Part shown: piece by piece, positions 45,963 through 54,389 of the stretch
Position numbering within the stretch: position 1 is the stretch's first letter
How the letters are laid out: the number at the start of each line of letters is the position of its first letter
Assembly: GCA_964541905.1 (NCBI GenBank)
Contig: CAZIRU010000004.1
Span: 17,588 to 81,587, forward strand
Length of the DNA stretch: 64,000 bases
Direction: 5' to 3'
Source: an uncultured Verrucomicrobiota bacterium
Lineage (GTDB): Bacteria; Verrucomicrobiota; Verrucomicrobiia; CAZIPW01
Position numbers and translations under genes: made by a program
Notes under the pieces: generated by a model
Databases searched by the model: none
Told to the model about the DNA's origin: nothing
Seen by the model: the letters and a program-made list of their open reading frames with translations, nothing else

Positions 45963-46810
45963 TCAATACTAATACCTACGCGACCAGCGCCACGAGGAGT
46001 TTGGACAACAGCCAAACGAATTTGGGCCGGTCACTTGCGCGGTTAAGTTCCGGGGATAAAATTCAACAACCTTCGGATGACGCCGCTGGTCTGGCCGTTT
46101 CTGAGAAAATGAAAGCTCAGCAGAAACGCGTTGAGGCCGCTTCAAACAATGTCGAAAACGCCATCTCTTACGTGCAGACGGCGGATGGCTTCCTTACCAA
46201 TATGTCGTCGATGCTCTCTCGCATGAGCGAGCTGACCATGATGGCGCAGGATGTCACCAAGAATTCCGAGGATATTTCGCTTTACGATCAGGAGTTCCAG
46301 TCACTCAAGGAACAGCTCCGTGCGACCATTGGTGGCGACGAGTACGGCATCACGGGTGAGCCTTTGGGCTGTTTCAACGGCATATCGCTCTTCGGTTCCT
46401 CGACAGGTCTCTCGGTCACAATTGGCGAAGGCTCTTCGCAGACGATGACGATCGGAGGTATCGACTTGCGTGCCGCCGATACGGTGATGCGCGAGCTGCT
46501 ATCGATCTCGACCGGTGCAACGATCTCAGTGAGCGATTCAGACGCTAACGATACGGTAACCAGCGCGATTCAGGAGTTGGCGACTGTTCGAGCGAGCTTG
46601 GGTGCTTCCCAGTCGCGCCTCGAGGTGGCTTCCGATCTGCTGACGGTTCAGGACGAGAATCTTTCTTCGGCCATTTCGACCATCCGCGATGTCGATGTGG
46701 CGTCCGAGTCCACCGCATACGCTCGCTACCAGATCTTGGTGCAAAGTGGCACCGCGATGCTGGCGCAGGCGAATACGATGCCTCAGACAGCCCTGCAACT
46801 TTTACAATAA
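45956..46810 (+). CDS. fliC: flagellin
   Basis: N-terminus [16 protein letters not shown]...[23 protein letters not shown] and C-terminus [29 protein letters not shown]. 284 aa. Confidence 0.95.
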   Translation: MVINTNTYATSATRSLDNSQTNLGRSLARLSSGDKIQQPSDDAAGLAVSEKMKAQQKRVEAASNNVENAISYVQTADGFLTNMSSMLSRMSELTMMAQDVTKNSEDISLYDQEFQSLKEQLRATIGGDEYGITGEPLGCFNGISLFGSSTGLSVTIGEGSSQTMTIGGIDLRAADTVMRELLSISTGATISVSDSDANDTVTSAIQELATVRASLGASQSRLEVASDLLTVQDENLSSAISTIRDVDVASESTAYARYQILVQSGTAMLAQANTMPQTALQLLQ

Positions 46811-46872
46811 CCACAGGGCGCGCCGCGATAAGTTCATCGGCGCGGGCCTCAGGTTAGGTAAACGGGGATACG

Positions 46873-46914
46873 CCTCCCGCCTCCACCTCCATGGGGGCGG
46901 GGGGTTTCTTTTTT
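46873..46914 (+). terminator. rho-independent terminator after fliC
   Basis: CCTCCCGCCTCC (46873-46884) pairs with GGGGGCGGGGGG (46893-46904), allowing G-U pairs. TTTCTTTTTT follows. Confidence 0.7.
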
Positions 46915-46971
46915 GCCTCGTTTCTATATTTTTGATTGTCATTTTCCGCGCAAGGTCTCTATTCTGCGTGC

Positions 46972-47157
46972 ATGACAGAGGAGGGCCGATCATTCCTCGG
47001 TGTTTTTTTTGTGACGTGCAACGTCTATGGCCGTCTTTACAAAAATGACGCTGGCACGGCCTACGAAGGTCACTGTCCCCGCTGTGGGATGCCCTGCCGC
47101 GTTTTGGTGGGCCGCGAAGGGACTTCGGCGCGCTTTTTCCGCGCCTTTTGCCAGTAG
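46972..47157 (+). CDS. small Cys-rich (zinc-ribbon-like) hypothetical protein, 61 aa
   Basis: VTC-x19-HCPRCGMPC arrangement of four Cys residues. No other recognisable motif. Confidence 0.35.
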   Translation: MTEEGRSFLGVFFVTCNVYGRLYKNDAGTAYEGHCPRCGMPCRVLVGREGTSARFFRAFCQ

Positions 47158-47220
47158 CCTCTTCGCCGGTTGCGTTGCTTTTGATTGCTTTTTTCCTTTT
47201 GCGCTGGCAGGCTTTCCTGC

Positions 47221-48132
47221 ATGCCCTCTCGAAGGAGCCTAGTTCTATTCTTGCAGTTGATTTTTAGTGTGGGCGTGTTGTTTTGGCTGGTGCGGAAACT
47301 GGGGGCGGGTGCGCTCTTGGATGCGTTTTCGCATTTGGACGCCGCAACACTTTTTTTGGGAGTGGTTGCCTATATTGTTGCTCAGGGCCTTTCCGCTTGG
47401 CGTTGGGCCATTCTCTCGCGCATTTTTCGTTTCCGCGCCGCTTTTTGGAATTACGCCCAGCTTTATTTCCTTGGGATGTTCTACAATTTATTTTTGCCAA
47501 GCGGCTACGGTGGAGATGTCGTGAAGGTTTTCTATCAGGCTCCGGATCGGAAAATTCCCAGCAAGACGCTCTCGGCGCTGACGATCTTTCTCGATCGCCT
47601 GACGGGGCTACTGGCGTTGCTTCTTTTGGGAGGGCTTTGCTCATGGGGTTTGCGGAACGAGTTGGGGCTTTACGGAGCGGTGATGGGGTGGGGGTTTGCG
47701 GCAAGCATGCTTCTAGGGTTCTTGGGGCTATTTTTTGTCGAGCGACTGCGCTTTTTGCCGCGCAAATTGCGTTTTGCGGCGCTGGCGATTCGCGCTCATT
47801 TTCGCAAATTTGTCCCCGTCGCGCTGCTTTCGGTTGTTATCCAGCTTCTCAATGTAGCCATCTACTATTTTCTCTTCTTCGAGTTGGGGGCGTCGCTTTC
47901 CTTCGTGGCGGTTTGTTTTGCCTACTCAATTGTGACGATAGCCACGCTGCTTCCCGTCTCGATAGGAGGACTTGGCGTGCGCGAGAGCGGATGGGCGGCG
48001 TTGATGCTTGCCTTTGGCGCGGCGCCTTCGATAGGCGTCACGGCGGGGCTCATCTATTTCATTCTTCAAACCCTTTCAAGTTTGCTAGGTCTGTGGCCAT
48101 TTTTCACCCGCAAGCTAACCCCATCCTCCTAA
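47221..48132 (+). CDS. UPF0104 / lysylphosphatidylglycerol-synthase-TM-region-like (flippase-like) membrane protein
   Basis: Polytopic membrane protein. The sequence WRWAILSRIF...YFLGMFYNLFLPSGYGGDVVK and the C-terminal GGLGVRE are typical of this family. Confidence 0.6.
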   Translation: MPSRRSLVLFLQLIFSVGVLFWLVRKLGAGALLDAFSHLDAATLFLGVVAYIVAQGLSAWRWAILSRIFRFRAAFWNYAQLYFLGMFYNLFLPSGYGGDVVKVFYQAPDRKIPSKTLSALTIFLDRLTGLLALLLLGGLCSWGLRNELGLYGAVMGWGFAASMLLGFLGLFFVERLRFLPRKLRFAALAIRAHFRKFVPVALLSVVIQLLNVAIYYFLFFELGASLSFVAVCFAYSIVTIATLLPVSIGGLGVRESGWAALMLAFGAAPSIGVTAGLIYFILQTLSSLLGLWPFFTRKLTPSS

Positions 48133-48142
48133 ACTCCGATCT

Positions 48143-49261
48143 ATGCGTCGCCCTTTGTTCTTCTTTTGGCTTGCCTGCGCTGTTTTTTTTACGCTTCCCT
48201 TTTGGTTTTCGCCGCTCGATCTCGCCATCAGCCGTTTTTTTTACAATCCCGAGCTGACCGACCCTTGGCCTATTGCGGCCTCGTCCTGGGCGCGCTTCTT
48301 CTATCGCGCCGCGCCCGTGCTCACTATTTTGCTCGGCGGAGCGGGACTTGGGATGATTTTGGCTGGATCGCTTCGCAAGGAATGGCGCGCTTATCGTCTG
48401 TGTGGTTTATGCGTTTTCCTTCTTTTGGCGCTGGGGCCGGGTCTTGTGGTCAATGCCGTCTTCAAAGATTATGCGGGCCGCTCGCGACCACGCCAGCTTG
48501 TTGAATTTGGCGGCACGCAAAGTTACGAGCCTCCTCTGCTTTTCAATGGCGGCGAAGGCAAATCTTTTCCCTGTGGACATTGTTCGGTGGGCTTTGCTTT
48601 TGGGATTTTTGCGCTCTTTTTTTGGCGCAAGCAACGCAAGCTTGCGTGGACCTTAGTCGTTTTTTCGCTTTTACTTGGAAGCGCGATGGGTCTTGGCCGT
48701 ATAGCGGCGGGGGCGCACTTTTTTTCCGACGTGCTTTGGGCGGGGCTTTTGGTGTGGGGTGTTGCAGGAGTCCTCTGGGGACCTCTGTTACGGGTAACCG
48801 AGCGCCTTTTGGCCCCCGACAAATTCCCTCCGCTTGAGGGTCGTGCGTTTGCGACTTTCGTCGGGATTCCTTTGGGCGCGCTAATGCTTGTGTGTCTTGC
48901 TTTTTTAGCCACTCCGTTTGAGCAAACCTTGTCGGGTTCCGTTGCAAGTTTGCCGGAGCGTACACTTAAGCTTGTCCTGCCTCGGCTGCCGAGTAAAATT
49001 ACCTACACCTCGAATGGTCCCGCGCTCGAGTTCGAAGGTTCTTTCAGCGGCTTCGGCTTTCCGGGGCGCAAGGTCAAGCTCCGGCAAAGCGCTCCCGATA
49101 CTTTTGCTTTCTACAAGCGAGGGCTCTTTACCGAGCTGGACGGCTCGTTGATTCTGCGGGTGAATATCTCCAAGGTGCGTTCGCTTTCGCTTCGTGCGCC
49201 GCAAAGCCCCGAAATCCAGACCAATGGCCTCGCAGAAGCCCCTGCCTTGAGTCAATTTTAG
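48143..49261 (+). CDS. PAP2-family phosphatase with an extra C-terminal domain
   Basis: The PAP2 motifs are KDYAGRSRPRQ, FPCGHCS and RIAAGAHFFSDVLWAG. A further TM segment and a non-membrane domain of about 130 aa follow. Confidence 0.75.
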   Translation: MRRPLFFFWLACAVFFTLPFWFSPLDLAISRFFYNPELTDPWPIAASSWARFFYRAAPVLTILLGGAGLGMILAGSLRKEWRAYRLCGLCVFLLLALGPGLVVNAVFKDYAGRSRPRQLVEFGGTQSYEPPLLFNGGEGKSFPCGHCSVGFAFGIFALFFWRKQRKLAWTLVVFSLLLGSAMGLGRIAAGAHFFSDVLWAGLLVWGVAGVLWGPLLRVTERLLAPDKFPPLEGRAFATFVGIPLGALMLVCLAFLATPFEQTLSGSVASLPERTLKLVLPRLPSKITYTSNGPALEFEGSFSGFGFPGRKVKLRQSAPDTFAFYKRGLFTELDGSLILRVNISKVRSLSLRAPQSPEIQTNGLAEAPALSQF

Positions 49262-49351
49262 CGCGCCAAGAGGCTGCCTGTGGCGTACCCTTGCATATTT
49301 GCCGCCTTATAAAAGTTCGCCGCAAGCGCGGCTTGAGGTTACATTGCAAAG

Positions 49352-49807
49352 ATGAAAACTTTCTCAAAAAACCTCGAAGGTTTTTGCCTGATGGCCTCGC
49401 GGTCGCTTGAGGGAAGTTTTTTTGGCGCAGCCGTCATCTTAATCACGCACGATGACAAGCTGGAAGGAACTTTGGGAGTGATGCTCAATCGTCCGCTGGG
49501 GAAAAGGCTCAATGAGTTTTTCAATGGTCGGTGGCCGGAAGATGTGGAGCTTTTCCGTGGCGGTCCGGTCCAGCCCGAAACGCTGGCGCTCATCGGTTTT
49601 AGGTTTGGCAGGCGCAAGCTGGAAGCGCGCACACATTTGACGCCCCAGCAGGCTTTCGCCTTCAAAAGGGAAGCTCCCTCCCAGACCCAATTGCGCGGTT
49701 ATTTAGGCTACGCGGGCTGGGAACTTGGCCAGCTCGAAGACGAAATCGATCGCGGCGATTGGAAAGTCGTTCCTCTTACACCGGTAATCCTAGCCCCGCC
49801 CGATTAA
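49352..49807 (+). CDS. YqgE/AlgH-family (UPF0301) protein
   Basis: AVILITHDDKLEGTLGVMLNRPLG...GGPVQPE...GYAGWELGQLEDEI. Confidence 0.7.
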   Translation: MKTFSKNLEGFCLMASRSLEGSFFGAAVILITHDDKLEGTLGVMLNRPLGKRLNEFFNGRWPEDVELFRGGPVQPETLALIGFRFGRRKLEARTHLTPQQAFAFKREAPSQTQLRGYLGYAGWELGQLEDEIDRGDWKVVPLTPVILAPPD

Positions 49808-50760
49808 GGTTTGGCCTTGGTGGTATATATTTTTTTGCCAGTGCTCTCGTAATAAGTCCTGACGATTAGTTCCGCGCACAAGCCTATCGAGAGCAAAACA
49901 ACCCCGACGAGCATTGCGAAAACGCCAATAATGAGGATAGGACGCCCTCCCACATTGTGCCCCATGAGCTTTTCGATAAAAAGCTCCAGCAAAATGACTC
50001 CGCCCAACGCTCCAGCCAAAAGACCCGCTCCGCCAAAAAACTGAATCGGCCGGGTCGCAAATTTTTGAAAGAAAAACATCAAAAGCAAATCCAGCAGTAC
50101 CCTTGGCGCCTTCGCTAGGTTATACTTGCTCTTTCCGGCTACACGCGCATGGTGTCGCACGGCGACTTCCTTCAGCCGTGCCCCTTGTTGCGAAAGTAGA
50201 ACGGGAATAAACCGGTGCAGCTCGCCATAAAGCGTGAGATTCTTTGCAAACTCCGCGCGGAAAACACGCAGCGCGCATCCATAATCATGCATTCTCACTC
50301 CCGTCATATTGCGGATAAACCAATTTCCAATGAGAGAGGGGATTTTGACATCTGCGGCGCGGTCTTTGCGATCGACGCGCCAACCGCAAACAACGTCCGC
50401 CTCGCCGTTTTTTACGCTTTCGAGCATCGCAGGAATGTCGGAAGGGTCATTTTGCAGATCGCCGTCGAGCGTAATTATGTACGCTCCCTGCGCCGCGTCA
50501 AAACCGGCCGTGAGGGCAGCGCTTTGTCCATAGTTGCGCCGATGATAGACGGGTCGCAAAAGCGGGTGTTCGCCCTTGAGTTTCTCCAGCGCCTCTGCGG
50601 TGCCATCGTCCGAACCGTCGTCCACCAGCACCAGCTCAAAAGGGTGCCCCGTTTTCTGGAGAGCCTCTTCCAGCTTGCAAACGAGCGCGCCTACATTTTC
50701 TACTTCCCTATAAAGCGGGACCACCACACTCAGAAGTTCCTCACTGGCATTTGATGACAT
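49804..50760 (-). CDS. family-2 glycosyltransferase (polyprenyl-phosphate glycosyltransferase, ArnC/GtrB-like)
   Basis: LSVVVPLYREVENV, LVDDGSDDGT and ITLDGDLQNDP, plus two C-terminal TM segments. Confidence 0.8.
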   Translation of the reverse strand: MSSNASEELLSVVVPLYREVENVGALVCKLEEALQKTGHPFELVLVDDGSDDGTAEALEKLKGEHPLLRPVYHRRNYGQSAALTAGFDAAQGAYIITLDGDLQNDPSDIPAMLESVKNGEADVVCGWRVDRKDRAADVKIPSLIGNWFIRNMTGVRMHDYGCALRVFRAEFAKNLTLYGELHRFIPVLLSQQGARLKEVAVRHHARVAGKSKYNLAKAPRVLLDLLLMFFFQKFATRPIQFFGGAGLLAGALGGVILLELFIEKLMGHNVGGRPILIIGVFAMLVGVVLLSIGLCAELIVRTYYESTGKKIYTTKAKP

Positions 50761-50874
50761 GGGTAAAGCTTAAGCGTTAAGCACAGCTTTCTTCAAGCCG
50801 TATAATAAGGCAGTGTTTCTCCGCTGTCTTGCCTGTTTCGGGCTCCGGCCTTAAACTCAACTTGTTTTCTCCCC

Positions 50875-51471
50875 ATGTCGCAGTTGCCAAATTTCGAGAA
50901 GGAGCATTTCGAGCGCGTTTTCCTTGCGGTCGGCGTTGAGGAGCCGACCTCTGGTGCTCTGGCCGAACTGGCGGAGGAGCGTTCGGGCTTTCGTTGGGTG
51001 GAGAGCTCCCAGTTTCACCTGACGCTGCGTTTTGTTGGTGAGGTGGATGCCTCTCTACGAGAGGCTATTGCCGCCAAAATGCGCCCGATTGCGGTCGAAC
51101 CTTTCATCCTTCCGGTTGAAAAAGTCGGAGTTTTTCCCTTACGCGGTCAGCCTCAGGTTGTCTATGCGGGTTTAGGCAGCGCTCATCCGCGACTCTTCCA
51201 GCTCCAACATCGGGTAGAGGACGCTCTTGCTTCATTGGGGTTGCCTCTTGAGTTGCGAGCGTTTACACCGCATATCACTCTGGCGCGCGTCTCGCGTGCA
51301 TCGCCACAGGCTGTGCGCGCCTTCATCAAAAGCCGCCGCGACTTTGCCGCGCCTCCCTTCCGTGTGGAAAGTTTTGGCCTCTATCGCAGCCGCATGACCC
51401 ACTTTGGCGCTCAATACGAACTTTTGGAAAGCTACCCTTTGCGCCACAAGGAGCGGCAAAGGGCCGGCTAA
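50875..51471 (+). CDS. thpR: RNA 2',3'-cyclic phosphodiesterase (2H phosphoesterase, ThpR/LigT-like)
   Basis: Two HxTx motifs (FHLTLRF and PHITLAR) at the expected spacing. Confidence 0.75.
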   Translation: MSQLPNFEKEHFERVFLAVGVEEPTSGALAELAEERSGFRWVESSQFHLTLRFVGEVDASLREAIAAKMRPIAVEPFILPVEKVGVFPLRGQPQVVYAGLGSAHPRLFQLQHRVEDALASLGLPLELRAFTPHITLARVSRASPQAVRAFIKSRRDFAAPPFRVESFGLYRSRMTHFGAQYELLESYPLRHKERQRAG

Positions 51472-51497
51472 ACATCTCGCAGTGGCGCTGGGCGTAC

Positions 51498-52202
51498 CTA
51501 TTTTTTGGGCTCCAAGATTCTCAATTCTCCCTTGGGCGTACGGTTTGGCGCGACGGCGTCCGAAATTGCCAAGGTGTTTGCGACGATCTTCTGACATTGT
51601 TCGACACTTGCTTGAAGCTGACGGATTTCCTCCGAGCGCTCGCTGGCGGACATGCGCTCGGAGTGGTTGCGCAACAGACTTGTCGAGAGCGAGATAATTG
51701 TCAGCGGGTTGCGCAGTTGTTCGCCTATGGATCGCAGAGCTTCTCTATGAGTGCAGGGCCTTTTGCAATCTTCCATTAAGTGTCCCCAAACAACTTTCAA
51801 TTCGGAATATATGGCTTCGGGCAGTGCCACCAGATGCATCGGGCAGCAAAATGGAGAGGGTTCGGCGGCCGAGCTTTCCCCTCCTTTCCGGTAGAAGAGC
51901 CTCACGCATAAGGCAGAGCTATCCTTGCGGCATAGATGCGTAATTGCTACATGTTCCCCTTGCGATGCGGTTAAGATGCTTTGTGCTTCAACTAGCTCGT
52001 TGAGTTGTTCCTTTTCGCAAAAAAGCGCTCGCAAAGGCATACCCACAAGGGCGTCCTTGGAATATCCGAGGAGTTCTTCTGCGGCCGTATTGCATGCCGA
52101 AATGATACCTCCGGCTTCGATATACAGCCAAGGGAGATGTTCGTAGGATTCTTTTTTTACAGAAGTGTTGGTAGGGGGGCGCTTCACTATTGGGGCGGAC
52201 AT
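51498..52202 (-). CDS. PAS-domain protein with a degenerate DHp (HisKA-like) helix and no ATPase domain
   Basis: PAS-like segment (GIISACNTAAEELLGYSKDALVGMPLRALF). It is followed by IGEQLRNPLTIISLSTSLL, which aligns to the H-box SHELRNPLT with Glu in place of the phospho-acceptor His. The protein ends about 60 aa later. Confidence 0.55.
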   Translation of the reverse strand: MSAPIVKRPPTNTSVKKESYEHLPWLYIEAGGIISACNTAAEELLGYSKDALVGMPLRALFCEKEQLNELVEAQSILTASQGEHVAITHLCRKDSSALCVRLFYRKGGESSAAEPSPFCCPMHLVALPEAIYSELKVVWGHLMEDCKRPCTHREALRSIGEQLRNPLTIISLSTSLLRNHSERMSASERSEEIRQLQASVEQCQKIVANTLAISDAVAPNRTPKGELRILEPKK

Positions 52203-52237
52203 AAGAGTCCTCTGTAGATCTTGTGAGAAAAGGGACA

Positions 52238-52468
52238 GTCGGAGGGAGTGAGTCTCCCTCCGACCCCACGGTCGCCAACTGGGATGGGGTAGGATCGATA
52301 GAGTTGGCGATTCGTGGCGGGAAATTTGTGGCGGCTGTCCGTGTTAAGGACAGCCGCCTGGTTCTCAAGGGACACCGTGTCCTGATTAAGAACCCCCTCA
52401 TGCGTTGCCGGAAATTTTGCGATTGAAAAAGGTCCAAAAACTCCTCCGGAGAACGCAAATTTTCTCCG
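52238..52468. other. cluster of stable stem-loops in a 460-bp intergenic region (candidate ncRNA or long structured leader)
   Basis: There are four perfect stems. They are an 11-bp stem (52238-52248 with 52254-52264), an 8-bp stem (52273-52280 with 52302-52309), an 11-bp stem (52330-52340 with 52348-52358) and a 7-bp stem (52447-52453 with 52462-52468). Confidence 0.4.
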
Positions 52469-52631
52469 CTGAATTTGAATCAACTTTTGTTTTCCTACCC
52501 TTTTCACAGGGATAACATTTACATTTGCCGTGCCACTTTTAAATTTATTTTATAAGTGACTGTTATAGAGTTGTTTTTTTTATATTCGTGTGACATTCGA
52601 CCGATTTATTGTCGTTTTTTTCTCTTTTTTC

Positions 52632-52659
52632 TTGAACTTAAGTTTACGCTCCTTAAACT
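52632..52659 (+). promoter_or_regulatory. candidate sigma-70 promoter of the sigma-54 activator gene (TTGAAC-N16-TAAACT)
   Basis: Lies in an A/T-rich stretch. The -10 element ends 7 nt before the ATG at 52667, which would give a leaderless transcript. Confidence 0.35.
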
Positions 52660-52666
52660 TTAGTTG

Positions 52667-54157
52667 ATGGATTTGGTTGCATTCTTTTCTGGCAAGGAAC
52701 TTATGAGCGCGGGTCTACTCGAGGGCGAGCCGACCAAGGGTCCGCTTTTAAAAACCATCGAACTTCTGCGCCCGGAACGCATTTTACTTTTGGCGCGCGA
52801 AGGGAGTGCCGAAGATGTAAAGACGCTTGCGGTGCTGCTTCCCGTCTACGTCCGGATGGAAACACTTCTTTGGAGCAATGGCGCTGGAGAGAGCATGAGC
52901 ACGTTGCTTGCGTTTCTGAAAGCTCACCGCGAGGAGCTTGCCGCCTATCGTGATGCCGCGATTCTCAACGCGGGAACGCCGCAAGAGCGGGCCACGCTTT
53001 GGATTTTAAAACATGACGGGACTTTTGTGGGAACGATGGTCGAGCCTCCCAGCGATTACAGTTTTTTGCCTGCGGTGCCCCAATATTTTGGCCGTGCGGC
53101 CGAAAAGAAAGAAACCTTTGTCGAGGAGGCGAGTGAAAATGCCGAGAGGCTTGAGGAGCCTTGGGTGAGTGTAGCGGCTAAGATTGGCTGCGTGGGGCGC
53201 AGCCCCCGTTTCCGGCAGATGTTGGAGGAAGCGGCGGCGTTGGCCAATCATCCTACCCCGATTCTTCTTTTTGGCGAAACCGGCACGGGCAAGGAAGTTG
53301 TTGCGCGTTTCGTGCACATGCTCAGCTCGCGTTCAGCCAAGCCCTTGGTTTGCGTCAACTGTGCTGCGCTTCCCGAAACTTTAGCCGAGTCGATTCTCTT
53401 TGGCCACGAGAAGGGTTCTTTTACGGGAGCCTACAAGCGCCAAGTGGGCAAGTTCGAGCAGGCGCACGAGGGGACGCTCTTTTTGGACGAGCTAGGCGAG
53501 CTTTCATTGGCCAATCAGGCCAAGCTTCTCCGCGCGCTGGAAACCCGCTGCGTGGATCCTCTGGGCAGCAATCAACCGGTGGAAGTGGACGTGCGGGTGA
53601 TTGCGGCGACGAATCGCAATTTGCTTCAGGCGGTGGCGCAGGGCCGTTTTCGCGAGGATCTTTACTATCGCCTGCGCGCGGGGGAGATCGACATCCCAAG
53701 CCTTCGCGAACGCGCCTCCGATATCCCGCTGATAGCGCTGCATTTGTTGGAGCGCTTCAATGCCACGTTGGCGATTCCCAAGCAATTTTCGCGTCAGGCG
53801 CTCAAGTTTTTGGAGGCCCAACCTTGGCCAGGGAATGTGCGCGACCTGATAAATACCATCGAGCGTGCAGCGCTTTTGTGCCCGCGCAATATTATCGAGC
53901 CCGAAGACTTTCGCGTTCAGACCGAATCCTTGCGGGCGGGCGCGCTAGGCAACTCGCTGCCGGCGCTCTACCCGGGTTTTTCGGTAGAGGGCTATCTCCA
54001 AAAGATTCGCCGCGATCTTTTCGAAAAGGCGCTGGCGCAAGCGGGGGGCTCGCGGGGCGAGGCGGCCCGCCTTTTGGGCATCACCCCCCAAGCCATCCAC
54101 AAATATCTCAAGCAGCAGGAGCAGGAAAACCTCATGCAAGAGAAGAACCCGCAATGA
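52667..54157 (+). CDS. sigma-54-dependent transcriptional activator (bEBP) with a non-receiver N-terminal domain
   Basis: AAA+ Walker A motif [14 protein letters not shown]-type loop [26 protein letters not shown], and a C-terminal Fis-type HTH ([18 protein letters not shown]). The N-terminal ~190 aa lacks the receiver DD/D/K pattern. Confidence 0.85.
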   Translation: MDLVAFFSGKELMSAGLLEGEPTKGPLLKTIELLRPERILLLAREGSAEDVKTLAVLLPVYVRMETLLWSNGAGESMSTLLAFLKAHREELAAYRDAAILNAGTPQERATLWILKHDGTFVGTMVEPPSDYSFLPAVPQYFGRAAEKKETFVEEASENAERLEEPWVSVAAKIGCVGRSPRFRQMLEEAAALANHPTPILLFGETGTGKEVVARFVHMLSSRSAKPLVCVNCAALPETLAESILFGHEKGSFTGAYKRQVGKFEQAHEGTLFLDELGELSLANQAKLLRALETRCVDPLGSNQPVEVDVRVIAATNRNLLQAVAQGRFREDLYYRLRAGEIDIPSLRERASDIPLIALHLLERFNATLAIPKQFSRQALKFLEAQPWPGNVRDLINTIERAALLCPRNIIEPEDFRVQTESLRAGALGNSLPALYPGFSVEGYLQKIRRDLFEKALAQAGGSRGEAARLLGITPQAIHKYLKQQEQENLMQEKNPQ

Positions 54158-54389
54158 GAGCGTGTTTAGAATCTCTTCGCCATATTGCGCCGCATAATTT
54201 GCTGATAAACAATAATGAGCGGCGCCCTTCGGGTTGGGCGCTTTTGTGTTTTGGCGGCGTTTCTCGTTCGCATTTCGGGCTTCTAGCCCGTGTTGCTCGC
54301 TCGAAGAACCCCGATTTCATCGGGGCTTGGCCTTGCCAAAACGCCAAAATCATCCCAACAATACTGCCAAATAGATTCTGAACACGCTC
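54158..54389. repeat. long-hairpin element, copy 2 (same orientation as copy 1)
   Basis: GAGCGTGTTTAGAATCT (54158-54174) starts on the base after the activator stop codon. It pairs with AGATTCTGAACACGCTC (54373-54389) as 17 bp with one G-T. The core at 54233-54289 is homologous to copy 1 (27/35 over the CGTTTCTC...TCTAGC block) and to copy 3 (39/49). Confidence 0.75.

Noticed and set aside
46818-46848. Hairpin CGCGCCG-12 nt-CGGCGCG just after the fliC stop, as the flagellin terminator.
   Set aside because: It is not followed by a T-run. The stronger stem with a T-tract at 46873-46914 is the better terminator. The first hairpin may still stabilise the 3' end.
52187-52507. ORFs 52187-52507(-) and 52223-52426(+) as small protein genes in the PAS/bEBP spacer.
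   Set aside because: Both span the perfect stem-loops and so encode palindromic peptide stretches. They have no plausible start context or recognisable motifs. An RNA-level explanation is favoured.
52520-52535. Perfect TGGCACG -24 element on the minus strand about 320 nt upstream of the PAS gene.
   Set aside because: The -12 region reads ATGTA (TGT instead of TGC), so the conserved C is missing. I mention it only as a weak possibility in the stem-loop finding.
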